Source of the DNA: Phoronis australis
Taxonomy: Eukaryota > Animalia > Phoronida
DNA: 64,000 nucleotides
Assembly: GCA_002633005.1 (NCBI GenBank)
Contig: NMRA01000139.1
Coordinates: 814,075 to 878,074 of the forward strand
Direction of reading: 5' to 3'
A program made the position numbers and the translations under genes. Below are positions 11,087 through 23,700 of the stretch, one piece after another (position 1 is the first letter of the stretch; each line of letters begins with the position of its first letter). The notes under the pieces were generated by a model, which saw only the letters and a list, made by a program, of their open reading frames with translations, made no database searches and was not told the DNA's origin.

Positions 11087-12650
11087 TACCACACACTGAA
11101 TGATAAATATTGCAACGAATCGATCTACTTTTCTCGACGACTGCAAGGGGGATCCAGCATTTTAAGAGTCTAAGTAAAACGATTGGTGATTTAAACAAAT
11201 AATCACTGAGTGCATAAGCAACGGAGGTATATTTTTAGAAACCATTGACACATTTGTTTGTTTCTGACAAACGTGTTCTTATTTGGGTGCGTGTTACCAA
11301 GTCTTGAACACCATGCTTATTCACCTAAAGGAGAAAGGCCTACTCTATCTTTTGTGTTGTAAAACCCAGTCACATAACTGGCCTTCGACAACCCTACACT
11401 TTAGTTCCTCAACGCAGACATGAAATAGATCTACCAGCGTCTGAATACACCACAAGGAAAAATTAAAATGTACGCGATAATCAACACAGTAAAGGTATGG
11501 AAGCGTATAGGTGCCAAAACATCTCACGAACACCACAGCACGTCTGCGTCCGAAGTTGTTGTGCTAAACGTTCACAGACATCAAGGACAAATGTATGATT
11601 TGTGCCTGATTATCACCAAAGACAGGAAAAGGGTCAGATATGGCGGCCAAGAAACTGTGCGACTTCGTCGGAGCAGTTCACAGCCGACGTTGCCGGAGTC
11701 TATTTTCTTTTGCCTTGCCCTGCATGGCGATTGTTGCGGTAGTAATGTTGGGTCATAATTTAGTCAATACAAGGTGAAGACTATATAGTTACTATTTTCT
11801 AAGCAGATGAAACCAAACGTGTCACTTTATGTAAAAATATGTGCAAGAAGTTCACAGGCGCTAGAAAAGAGAATTAAACACATCATGTTTTGATTCGTCG
11901 AGGGAATACCGCTTCGCAGGTTTGAAACTACATGTAAGTAACAACGTCAGAAGTTTAAAATTAGGTGTAGGGAAATGGACACTTTTAAACGAGTGACTAG
12001 CCCTTTAGGCGCATCAGCTATCGATTTCGAGCCTTAGACATGCTGCGACTTGTCCTTCTCGGAGACTTGCCGACATTTTTTGGTCCGTCTTCAAGCAACA
12101 ATGGCGGGTGGTCTATCTCAATAAAAATGCATGCGATATAGTTATCGCCTGGTTTTTTTAACCATTAGGTTAAAAATGGGGTACGAACCCTCCGCATGCG
12201 TCATTAGGTTCATGCTTGGTAAGCATCCGGCTACGTCACGCGTTGTTGTAGTTAGTGGTTGCGACAAAGGGAGCAACAAATTTTTTTATTAACCCATCGA
12301 AATTGAAAGCGCGGCTTCTCTGCCACATGCAATTTTGCGAGTGTTACTCATCAGCTATCACGCAAAAACGAAAATGAAACGAGCATGAAAATGCACATTT
12401 TTGCATATCATTTGCGAGACCCGTTTTCAAGACACCAGCTCTCTGTTTACGTTGAAGTTGATTCTCAACATCTATAAAACAAATTATAAAATCGGGATTC
12501 GATAACTAATCTATTTTCCTCGAAATCTAACTCGAAAATATTTTTGACATGTTCTGTACTCCTTCATTGCCATCTCTTTCGACTTCAGACTCAAACCTAT
12601 AGCTTTGATGTTGATCAAGTGGTTCAGAAAAAACACATAATGACATAATC

Positions 12651-12771
12651 GTGCATGTAAACTACATGTATAGAATACACAGCCACAGAGTGCATGTAAA
12701 CTACATGTATATAATACGCCGCCACAGAGTGCATGTAAACTACATATATGTAATACGCTGCCACAGAGTGC
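12651..12771. repeat. 39-bp tandem repeat, 3 copies
   Basis: GTGCATGTAAACTACATGTATATAATACGCCGCCACAGA repeated three times with a few substitutions. Confidence 0.9.
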
Positions 12772-14594
12772 TAGAAAATTATGGTGAATTCATACAAGAG
12801 TAGAACGGAAAATATTAAAAATAGGATCGAGTTTTATTTCGATTAAAAATTAGACCCCGATCATAGGGATCAAGGTTTTATCTAGATAACCGAAATCGGA
12901 ATAATTATTGATATCCGCCGCTTTTACCTTTGTGCGAAATCAGTATCGATGCCTGTTAATATGTTTTTGAGTACATTTTGGTTTACGTAAATGACGGTCT
13001 AATCCTAGTTTACACTTGGTTCCCTCAGCCTTAAGGCTACAATTTAGGGTCGAATTCGGAAAGCAAGTTTTCCTCAAGTTTTCTGCTGGAATTTAGTTGT
13101 TATCAAGTGTGTGCAAAAGTCGTCACAGTCACATCGAGCACAGAATTAAATAAACTACTGAGTTCATCCAAAATAATAACGTAAAATGTCAAAAATAATC
13201 CCGAGCTCAATTTCGAGTTCAAAGATTCGACCTTGTACCCTGATAACACGTTCAAAGATATGGAAAATGCCAACTCAAGTTTATTTACCTACAACCTTTT
13301 CCCAAAGCATTTGGAAAACGACAACAGCAATTTATATGGAATCTCTGAATTGATCGGTTTTCGACGAGTCTCATACATGTACCTATCAGGTTTTGTGGTA
13401 TGTGGCCGTGAAAGACGATCATTCCCATTTTTGAAATTCGTGTAATCCATGTAAACAGAAGCGCTGGTGCGCGTATTGAATGTTCACAAACTGCAGTTAA
13501 CGTACATATAACTAACTACTAGAACGAAACAAATAACATAGCAAAACGTGATTGGTAACTTTTAATTGGCCAACCAAACAATGAACTACAGAGGTCAAGG
13601 TGAGAGATGTTGGAAAATTGAAAGCCTGGAGAGACATTTTCTTCATCCGAAACGGCTGTGGTGACCTAAGTTTGAGCCATTCCCCGCCGAGCATATAAAA
13701 ACGAAAAAACAAAGCACCATGCCAAACACTCTAACGAGCATCCGGTTTCAAGTATATTTTGAAGTAGTTAGTACGTCACATGAGCGCAAAATGAAGTTTA
13801 TAACTGCAATAAATGACTTATCTGCACACTATCTCCGTTACGGAATGGTATCTGGACACCTCAGCATTTTTACTCTTAAAAGCTTTCATTTTAATTATAC
13901 GTTTGCGATTCTGTAATATATTTGGAAAACAAGGTGTCCCAAATATGCACATACTTGAAGGCGTGTTTGTTCTGCTTAGCACGTGAGGACTGATGTGGAG
14001 TCAAATTTGAAAATTCCACTAGTCGTTCATCAGCAAAAACAGTAGTTTAAAATAAGAGTAATATGAGATAGTTTTCCTATCATCAGATGTTTATATCCAA
14101 AAAAAATGATTGTGGTTGTAACGGTTACGACATTTGGGATTTGACACCAAACGCAACCTGTTGTCCAGCGCCGGCAGATATACTGAGGATTACCAAATCA
14201 CGATTCGTCACCTCTAGTAAAAACAAATTTGATTCCATTTGTTTTTATGTGGATCGAAGCATCCATCACTTGAAGGGGGAAGTGTTTGCCTTGCTTAGCA
14301 CGTAACAAATGGTACATTTATAAACTATGAAAATATCACAAGCATCTAAGAACTCATAGAGCACCTAAAATAAAAAACACCAAAAAATTCCCAGTAAAAC
14401 AATCTCAGGGTATACACATTTCAAATTATTTTATAGATATATTTAATCTACTATGCGCATGACACCAATCCGTGGCCAAACGAAACTATCGGTGCGTACA
14501 CTCACAGCTTTTCAGACAATACGATGCACCGTTGTTTTCCGTTATGTTGGAGACCACAATCAGTCTACAGCTTCTTTGTTCCACTTGTATTTCT

Positions 14595-14782
14595 CTACAT
14601 GGAGCTGGTATACGTTGGATTATCATTTCCTTTTCGCCCTGAAATCTGTAACTTGTGGAATTTACTTCGCTGATATATAATATAAGCCAGAAGAATGAAG
14701 ATAAATATAACCAAGAAACCAAAGAGTAGTCCAAAAGCCCATAGAAGTCTGTGAGCTTCTCTCGGTTTCAGACGCAATGGAC
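14595..14782 (-). CDS. Carboxylesterase last exon: TM helix and cytoplasmic NPTY tail
   Basis: GPLRLKPREAHRLLWAFGLLFGFLVIFIFILLAYIIYQRSK...NDNPTYTSSM*; strong pyrimidine acceptor, phase 1. Confidence 0.8.
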
Positions 14783-17700
14783 CTGAAATAGAAATAGAAG
14801 CAATTATTATACCGCGGAGCTTGATAAAATATCATGTAAAATTGAAACACAAGCATTCACTCTCTCGTTAATGGATTTAAACAGACAAGGGTTAATGTAA
14901 CAGCATCCTTGCTGATTTTGTCTCGAATACAATCTTGGCTGTAAATAAGGACCTCAGCCTTTCTGATTGGTCAATGTTTTGCACATCTATCAGAATGACT
15001 CTCTCTGGAGTTTTGGTAGCTCGAAGGTGACTTGAATTGATGCAGACTCAGGCTTGGTGGGCAGAAATTCAATTACTGCATTGAGGTTTATTAATTCAAA
15101 AGCACAGGAATAAGTTCCATTGTTAACCTTTCCCATTGCCTGATTAGTTTAGGTTCATTGGTATGTTTTAGGCTTTTGACACCGGCAGGGATCGAACTTG
15201 TCCCGCTTTATCAGTCACTGGCTTTGTCGCGAACTTCTTTTCGCAATGAGAAATGAAAGGTATATTATGTCCTTGTTCATTCATTGCTATTTCAAAAAGT
15301 TTGCTTATTTACTAAAGGGTCAGTACATCCCACTGCATTTAAAAAACGGAATATATTAAAATGTTTTTGTATCAGCAGGTTGAAACCTCTCATCCACAGT
15401 ATATCAGGTCTATAGGTGGCGCTGCAGGCTTGTACAGCATGACCTACCTGATCGCGGTCAGGCGGGATAGTGAATTTCAATATTGCGAGGCTATTTTGAA
15501 AGCAAGATATTTATATACTTGTTGATGAAAGTAGTAAGAGAACATGAATTTCAAGCTGAAATGTTCGACAAAGCGTTTCGAATTACGAGGACTACGGTCA
15601 AACTGATATTAAAAAAGCCATGAGAATAGGAATCGGCTTCAACTGAATTTTTGAGACCAGTAAAGTGTCACAGCATGTCTGCACCATCTCTGTAGCGTAC
15701 GACTGATACTGTACCGATTTCCGACACGCACTCTTCCCTTTCACTTCCATCTTCTTTGGGGTCCCAAGTAACCGGTGGACTGTTAGTAGTCGTTTCTGTT
15801 TTGTGAGAAATACATTAAGGTCATATAACGTGTATTACACATGCAAGAAAGAAATGCCCCACCACATTCTCATTAGGACACCTAAATCATGACATGCCCT
15901 GTCCTCGATCCCACTATCTCCTAGAATCCACAGTGACGCTTAGACCAAAATAGCAACGATTGTGTTAGGAAGAGCTTCACTTCTGTAATTGCTGTCGGAT
16001 CAGCCTGATTTATCAATCGTACGAGTGTCCATTATCTATCCTTTTGCGTCACGTCCTATTGCTGCTTAACTAGCTGTGATGTGCGGTGCAAATATCTAAA
16101 TCAGTTCGTTCACGATCCATCGCCCTGGATAAATGTAGTAAATTTGGTTGTAGTGCAACTGCTGTGAAGGCATGTCAAACCGGTTTCCCTAAAAACGAAC
16201 CTTTTCAAAGCTCTACGTGAATTATCGGTGGCCTACGGGCGACGATAAAAATAGCGCTGTGTGGGACCATGTATGGTGGTAACGCAACACAGAAGGAAGG
16301 CTGTATGTTTAGATACCATTGGTAAAAAACCTTGAAAAAGAAAGACCCCGAATCGGGCTGTAGACACAATTACGTTAAAGAAAGACTACTGCGAAAGCGT
16401 GTGGCGCTTGGGATAACTCTCAAAGATTCGTGTTCAAGCAAATTTACCAAACGCTGCCAGCTTGCTGTCAAAACGAAATTTAAATGACATTTTCCCCAAA
16501 AATATCCTTTGTATGTTCAACCAGGCAATGAACATGTACATGTATTTAAACAACGCCAAACTGCATTCACCAAATACGTAAGGTTTATTCCCTAGTCTTT
16601 AACGGTAGAGTATTGATTTTGCACAGATATTTGGAAACAATTGGAAAAAAATTGTCAACGAGCCTCACCATTTTTAGTTGCGGGACAAGTGTCGTACCAG
16701 GATCCCTCCAACGTGGGCGTTAGTGTGTTCCAAAATTCCATGACTTGCGGCTGCATATCTTTTTTGATTTTTCCAGCCGATGACAGCTCCAAATAACTCT
16801 TTTCCTGACTATCAAATGAAGGCCAAACAATTGGAATTGTATATCCAATATTTGGATTCCTGTGAATAAAGCCGACGCGTTACAAGGCAACTCAAAGTAT
16901 GTCTCTGCAAACAGCAGCAGTAGGACTCAACAGATATGTGTTGCTCTCTGCTATTTTGTTACACATTTCTTCAAATGCAATAATCCCAGGTAAAGTATCA
17001 GTCTAAAAATTATCCTTTTGCGAATCTATAAAAAACCAGATACATAACATACCCATGGACGCAATCTCTGGACGTAGAAGGAACAATTTCTCTTTCGACA
17101 CAAAGTTATCGAGAGTTAATGTACAACTATACCGAATGTGACAAGATATGCCGAGTGCGTCAATATTTACCGTGAAATACGACAAGCATTTTTACGTCCC
17201 CAAATAAGTTAAGTAGTCTCTTTAGCAGGCTTTTACCGCACATATGTAAGCGGAGTTTGAGGGTGGTCCAGAAAATTGTAAGAAAACCCCAATACAGTTG
17301 CAAGTAGAACGACGTTGAGATGCGGGAGATGGACGGTAATGACGAAAACCAGGCGTGCATTTAGTAACGCGAGGACCTAGGCTAGAACCTAGCTAAAATC
17401 TAGTCAAAGTCACATGTTCTCATTCAAAATACTCAGCAACATCTCACGTAATCTCCCGAAGTCTTGCGTTTTAGCGAGGTCGTAGCGTTACTGAAGGAGA
17501 GGCAGACCGGATGCCCGCTTTGTTTGCAGGGTTTTGGAATAATTAGAACACTAAATACGTGCTTTAATTCCTTCAATTTTCGGTATCTACAGTAACTACA
17601 TGCATTCCAGTCCCAGATCACTTTCCTGTCACGTTCAGATCACTTAACAAGAGAGTTCCACGTCGACGTTTGGATTTGCCCTCGCGCAGGCCTAAACATG

Positions 17701-20700
17701 CACACAATCATAGAATTTCCCTAAATGGTAGATGGTTTAGGGGGCGACAATATCTCCCATTACAATGCGACGGCATAGATTGTTGATTGGATATATGTTA
17801 TCACTCCTGGGGACGACAACATATGATGTGAACGCCGACAAATCGTGGAGAGGGAACGACAACATGTGTCAGTATAGACGGTTTTTATTGTTGCGCTTGG
17901 CATCTGTTGCCACCGGCCGACAACACTTGACGAATGCAGCAATTTGTGTCACATGCTTCTGGTAAAGCGATTCTTTTTACGAATAAAAAATTTGTTTAAA
18001 ATTCCGTTGACCATCATCTTACGGGCTGTGATTCTTTAATTATTTTCACCAACTCGTAAATGGCCACATGTATACTGTGAAGTAACAGCCTTTTTGCTGG
18101 GAAGTGAATAAGTCTTCATTACTAACAGCCGAGGGTCTATAATAAGGTCCAGTGTTACCAAATGTGATAGATGAAGGATGCGTTTATAACAGTAAGTAAT
18201 AAAACTTTAATATTTGTAAAAGTACATGGAACATTAACTACTAACGACAAAAAATCGACTGCCTTATGTGTAATAACCCCAGGGTGCCATCACTTTGATG
18301 AGATGCCATAGGAAAGCGACAAGTAAATAGAACTAAATAGTTTTGCTCAAAATGTTTGATTTGCTGTTGAGCTCACTTCAGTCTCATCCGAATTGGATTA
18401 CTCTAAGTTGACGGATTTTGTTATCATGCTCACCGTCTTTGCTAACAGTGAAAACGACCCACGTGTCATCCGTATTGGCTTCAAGCTGTATGTTTGATTT
18501 GAAACACAGAGCTTCTGCTCGAGTTTGCCACAAAGCAGACTTTTTCTCTACTTAAGCAACTTAAAATGAGACGAGAACGAGTCAGAAACAAAATAATGTG
18601 TATTTTCCTCGATCTGCTGCTGTAAAGAGAACAAACGAGAACCATGCAAATACTACTAGAAGGCAAGCCAATTTATCTGAAGTAGTCACGTGACTGTAGA
18701 AAAGAGAATAAGCCTATAGGTGTCCGCATCTTCGGCTCAGCGACGCTTTTGATATAATGGCAGAGTGATGTGTGTTTTATTGATGTCTGGGAAATATGGA
18801 AATGATTTCACTAATTGACTTGAAATGACGCACTACGGCATATAAATTATTGGTTGTACTTTTAGTTCGTGTAAAGCGACTTTTGCAGATAGAGAATTGT
18901 ATCTCGCTTGGGAGACATACATGTAACTATTACACGAATACAGAGATTCGCGTCTCTTTAAACGCTAAACCTGTGGCCCGTTTTCAACTCTTATTTGGTA
19001 ATACATCGAATTTATTTTTATTTTGATAGGTTTCTCTTTTCTCCAGTATGTATAATTAACACGGTTCTTAGGTCTATAAATGTTCTTGAAGTTTATTTGC
19101 AAGAAAGCATCTTTTCCAAAATCCTTATTCTGCCGGGGTTCGCTGGATATCATAGAACTAGCATGGATTTTTAACATATAATTTTGTGCTGTTAAATTGT
19201 TTACATGCTTAATTTACATGTATCAATTTATTTTAAACTGTAAATTAATTTCGCATTCTAAGAGTTGACCATTTCTCGCAGGAGTTCGCAGAAACAACTA
19301 TTTTCACGTAAAAGAAGTTGCATTGGCAGGGTGACCTTTAATTTTTTGTAAACTATTGTTTACACGGCTGACGTGTACGAGATCTACAAAAATTGGAAAC
19401 ACTGAGCTCCGTTACTTATTTCACGTTTACTTCCACGTTTACGTAAACATTTAGCTGTTGCGAAATGTCTCGCTTTTACAAACGTGACAAATCTGAAGTA
19501 TTATTCCTTAGCGTTGTGCTGTTCACTATTTCCTCGTTTGGCCTAGGCTAAGATGCCTTGCTTTTTCCTGTTCTATAGTTAGCGACTATACTCAATCAAT
19601 TGAGGAAAAATCTAGAACAGGGTGTGAACATCGTTAATGCAATGGTAATAGACTAGTGCTGTTGAACGGGAGTTTGGATAACAATTCAAATAGATATAGT
19701 TTCATACCCGTGTTTGGCGAAATTAATCCAGTAGCTCATAATTTCAATTGCAAGTTGTTTGTCTTCGTTGCTAGATGTAAGCGGGTTGAAGACGCGTGGG
19801 CCTCCCATAACGTAATATCCTTCTTCGAGATGATTTCCTTCTACCCACGTTGGAAGAGAAGGTTGAACGCGACTGCGATGTTTGAAAGAATATAGGTACA
19901 CTTTGCCACCAGCGCTGAAATTTGAAAAGGCGACACAATAGTATTTGAAACAAACCATAAAATACAACTTTGTTTTGCCTTATTAATTCTGCAGAGAAAT
20001 CGTTTCATTTTTTTTTTCATTTGAGCACGGGTTTATTATCTCTGATTGGTATTTACATACCTTGCGTGAACATCTGCTTGGCGTTGAGCGGGAGAGGAGT
20101 ACATCATTCCGGTAAACATATCGGCGACAGTCATTGCCTTCTCATCCTCAGATTTTGAATTAAAATCACTGAACCAAGTATACATAACAGTCGACAGAAC
20201 TGCTTCATCGTTGACGAACATTGCTCCAAAAATGTCTGAAATTGAGTTTGAGAATGTAGACGAGTTTGCAAGCTCTGCCTCAGAATAGTGAGACGCAATC
20301 TCATATCCATCGTGGTGGTTACTTCCAATGATGAAATTGATATCCTTCAGAGCTCCATCTTTTATCATTTGCATGGGATCTTTAGGAAGGAACCTTCCTT
20401 CTACCACTGGCCCCCAGTAACCATTCTTCCGCGACACCGTTACCGGCGCGAGAGCAATTTCCATCGCAGGTTTCTCCTTCAAACAATTGACCATAATTTG
20501 GACACTTTCAGAAGAGCAACCGAAATAGGCAGCAAAAGCCTTTACCTCGTTATAATGGTCGTGCTTGTTGATCCCCCAAGGACTCAAAGGTGAGCCACTC
20601 TGTGCTATGACACTCCTGATTTTGCCATTATTAGACGGCGCGAGAGCCTGAAGAGTCGCCGTCACAGCACCAGAGGACTGACCAACCAAGGTGATCTTTT

Positions 20701-23700
20701 TCGGATCTCCACCAAAATATTCGATATTCTTGTACACCCAGTCGATTGCTAGTTGTTGATCGTAAAGTGCTACATTTTTCAAGCCAACTGGCAAGTAACC
20801 TGAAACAAGATTATAATCTAGAACGTTGACCAACGAAGTGAGAGCTCAACCACTTTAGATACCATCTAGCGGAGGAAGTTGTTTTAGTGATTCAAAACGT
20901 CTTCTTACATTAGTCCTTGCACTATCACAAAGAAAACAAAAACATAATTTCTCCAATGAAGTTCTCGGAGTACGGTCTTGGTCAACAGATGTCGATAAAT
21001 TCACCTCAAGCTTCTCACGCCTGTCGAATTAGTAGAAAACAACTTAACATATAAAAGTGTCTAAAACTGAGGTGCACTAACCATATTTAAATTAGATTGT
21101 CAGGTCAAAACAAGGCATAAAAATTTCACTGAATTCGAATTCGAACATTTTGATAGGAATCTGTAGGGACATTGGCTCCTCATGGGAGTAAGCATGGCGG
21201 CTCTTATTGTGAGTCCACGGGTATGTGTACATAGCAGCAAATGAACCAGAGGAGCACTATTCAGTGTGGTCATTATCAAAGACAAATGACTTAATGAAAC
21301 TATGAAATGCACGTTTCGACCCTAATCATCGTTGGCTGAGTTTTAATGAGAAACCTTTGCCTGAAGACGGTAACCCCTATAATTGTCCGGCAGATATAGT
21401 CAAAATTGTAGTCTACATTGCCCCTGACTTCGCTCTAAGCTGGGCTGGTCAAACCAAAGCCAACTACGACCTTGTGCGGAAAATTGATAGCTCACCTAAA
21501 GCTCCCATTCGGAAGTTTATAGTCACCACAATGACGCTACCGAAAAGTGCAAGTCCGTGACCTGGATAGATCCCGTTCATGGTGGTATTGTATGCTTTGC
21601 CATGGATCCATACCATAACGGGTAGCCCCATATATCTACAAGTATAGAGACGTTGTGGAAAATGGGGAGTGAGACAGTTATCGGTACCATGGATTGCACG
21701 TTTCATATTGTATTCAGTTAGCATTTAAACCTTTGAGGTCTTCGCCGTTCGTGGCTTACACGCAAATACGATTTGTACACCGTATTGCAGTTTTAAGGTT
21801 GTGGAGAAATTGAAAACGTATTGGGTCACAAAACTGGACAATCTACACACTGTAACGCAGAGGCGGATCTACAGGGGGGGTTCAGGGGGTTTAACCCCCC
21901 CAACTCGGGACAGGATCAAAAATAAAAATTGGAAAAAAAATCGCCAGAAAAACGAAATAAGCTACTAAAAATCCCAAAAAATCTTACACGGGAGGAGGGA
22001 AAACCTCTCGCGACCTTCCTTCTCCTCGGCGCTACGCGCCTCGGATTCTCTCGAATCCTAAACCCCCCCTTACTGAAATCGTAGATCTGCCACTGTAACG
22101 TCACTGTCTTGTTCGCTAAAGAACAAAGACACACATCATATAAGAGAGTGAAGTTATGTCCAGGAACTCAGAGGAGCCCTTGAACGTATTACTGCTGTTT
22201 GTGGTAATTATCATGACAATAAATACATCATACCCTCTATGGATGAATGACATATGCAAGCAACTACCGTCAGCTCCGAATTTAAGTCTTGATAGAGAAG
22301 TAAATATTTATATGAGAGCGTATATACCAGCAATCACTGTTAAAGAGGTGTGGAACGCCATAAACAGAAGACTTTGGAATATTGAGAGGGATTTTCTGTT
22401 ATTCAAGCAGAATTCAACTTTCTTACAAGGTATTTTAGAATTTAATTTCTATTCACATAAAAGCATTTTCTGTTAGTTTGCAATTTCAATAAAAAAACGA
22501 TCTGTCAACTGCTCGCCACTTCGATGATTTTTCTCTCACGAGGCAAATAAAGTCTCCTTATTTGGTACGACAAGACAGACGAAGCACATTTCTCTTATGT
22601 GGAAAATGTGATCTTTGACCCCAAGCGACTTCAAGCAGGTGGCTGTAAGCGCATGCGCGCTTTAACATAAGTAGGAAAGAGATTAGAAACTCTGTGGTAA
22701 CCATAGAGTTTTTCTTTCAAACGTATTTCAAAAATCATATTGTTTAGATTGTTTCTGGAAATTTACTCACAGGGGGGTTTGATTTACTCTGTACTAGACG
22801 TTGCGAGATGTTCCTGTCAAGAATTGTTTAAAATATATTTTTAAAGATCTTTCGTTTCCCATGCCTCTTTAAGATCAGCTGGATATTCATGACCTCGAAG
22901 TCAAATTGTGTTTTACGATAGTACATTACGTAGTCTCAGGGATGTGAAATGACCTACATGTATTCTGAACTACTGAACAGAAGAGAGCTCGAGCATGTTT
23001 TTCAAAACCCGTGCTCCATGATTCAATTGACATAACGAAAAAGTTATTGATATCAGAAAGACATTTTTCTGAGTGGTTTTGAAAGAAACGGTAAGAACCT
23101 GCATGTGCAGCGAAGTTGTCAGTCTACACATAGTATTTCGTTCGATAGTATTTATTCACCTAATCAAGATCGAGACCGTTTAACCCGGTTTACGCGTGGT
23201 GTTAAATAACTTCCTTGCTCTTACTTCTAAAAACACATAGTCACATATTTTTCATTTGTTTGCATTAAACAGTTTATAATAATGGTAGTCATAAATTTTG
23301 GTCATTTAGACAAAACGTCCACCAATATTAAGCCTAGTCAGTAGCAGGTTAACTTTCGGTCTTGGTTTAGACCAATTTCTGTTTTAATTTTGTTTCAAAA
23401 ATCGAGAAACGGGGCTAAGATATTTTGATGTTAAGTTGGTTTGATTTCGGTCTAAGATTGACAAACGAGACCCCAGTATTTATAGGGACTGAGGTTCCCT
23501 ACATCTTTTGTGTCGTTCTTCATCTACTTATTAAATCTTTTTCAGTCATTATATCTTGATTACAAACTCCACTTTTACAAATGACATTTCTAACAATACA
23601 ACTAAAAACTTAGAATTGAGGTCAATGAAAACAACCAGGGACTTAGTCCATAGATTAGGAGTGTTGCATGAAAATCCCTATTTATTTCCAGCGATATTGA

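Noticed and set aside
18685-18694. GTCACGTGAC palindrome (CLEAR/E-box-like)
   Set aside because: Single intronic occurrence with no linked transcription start evidence.
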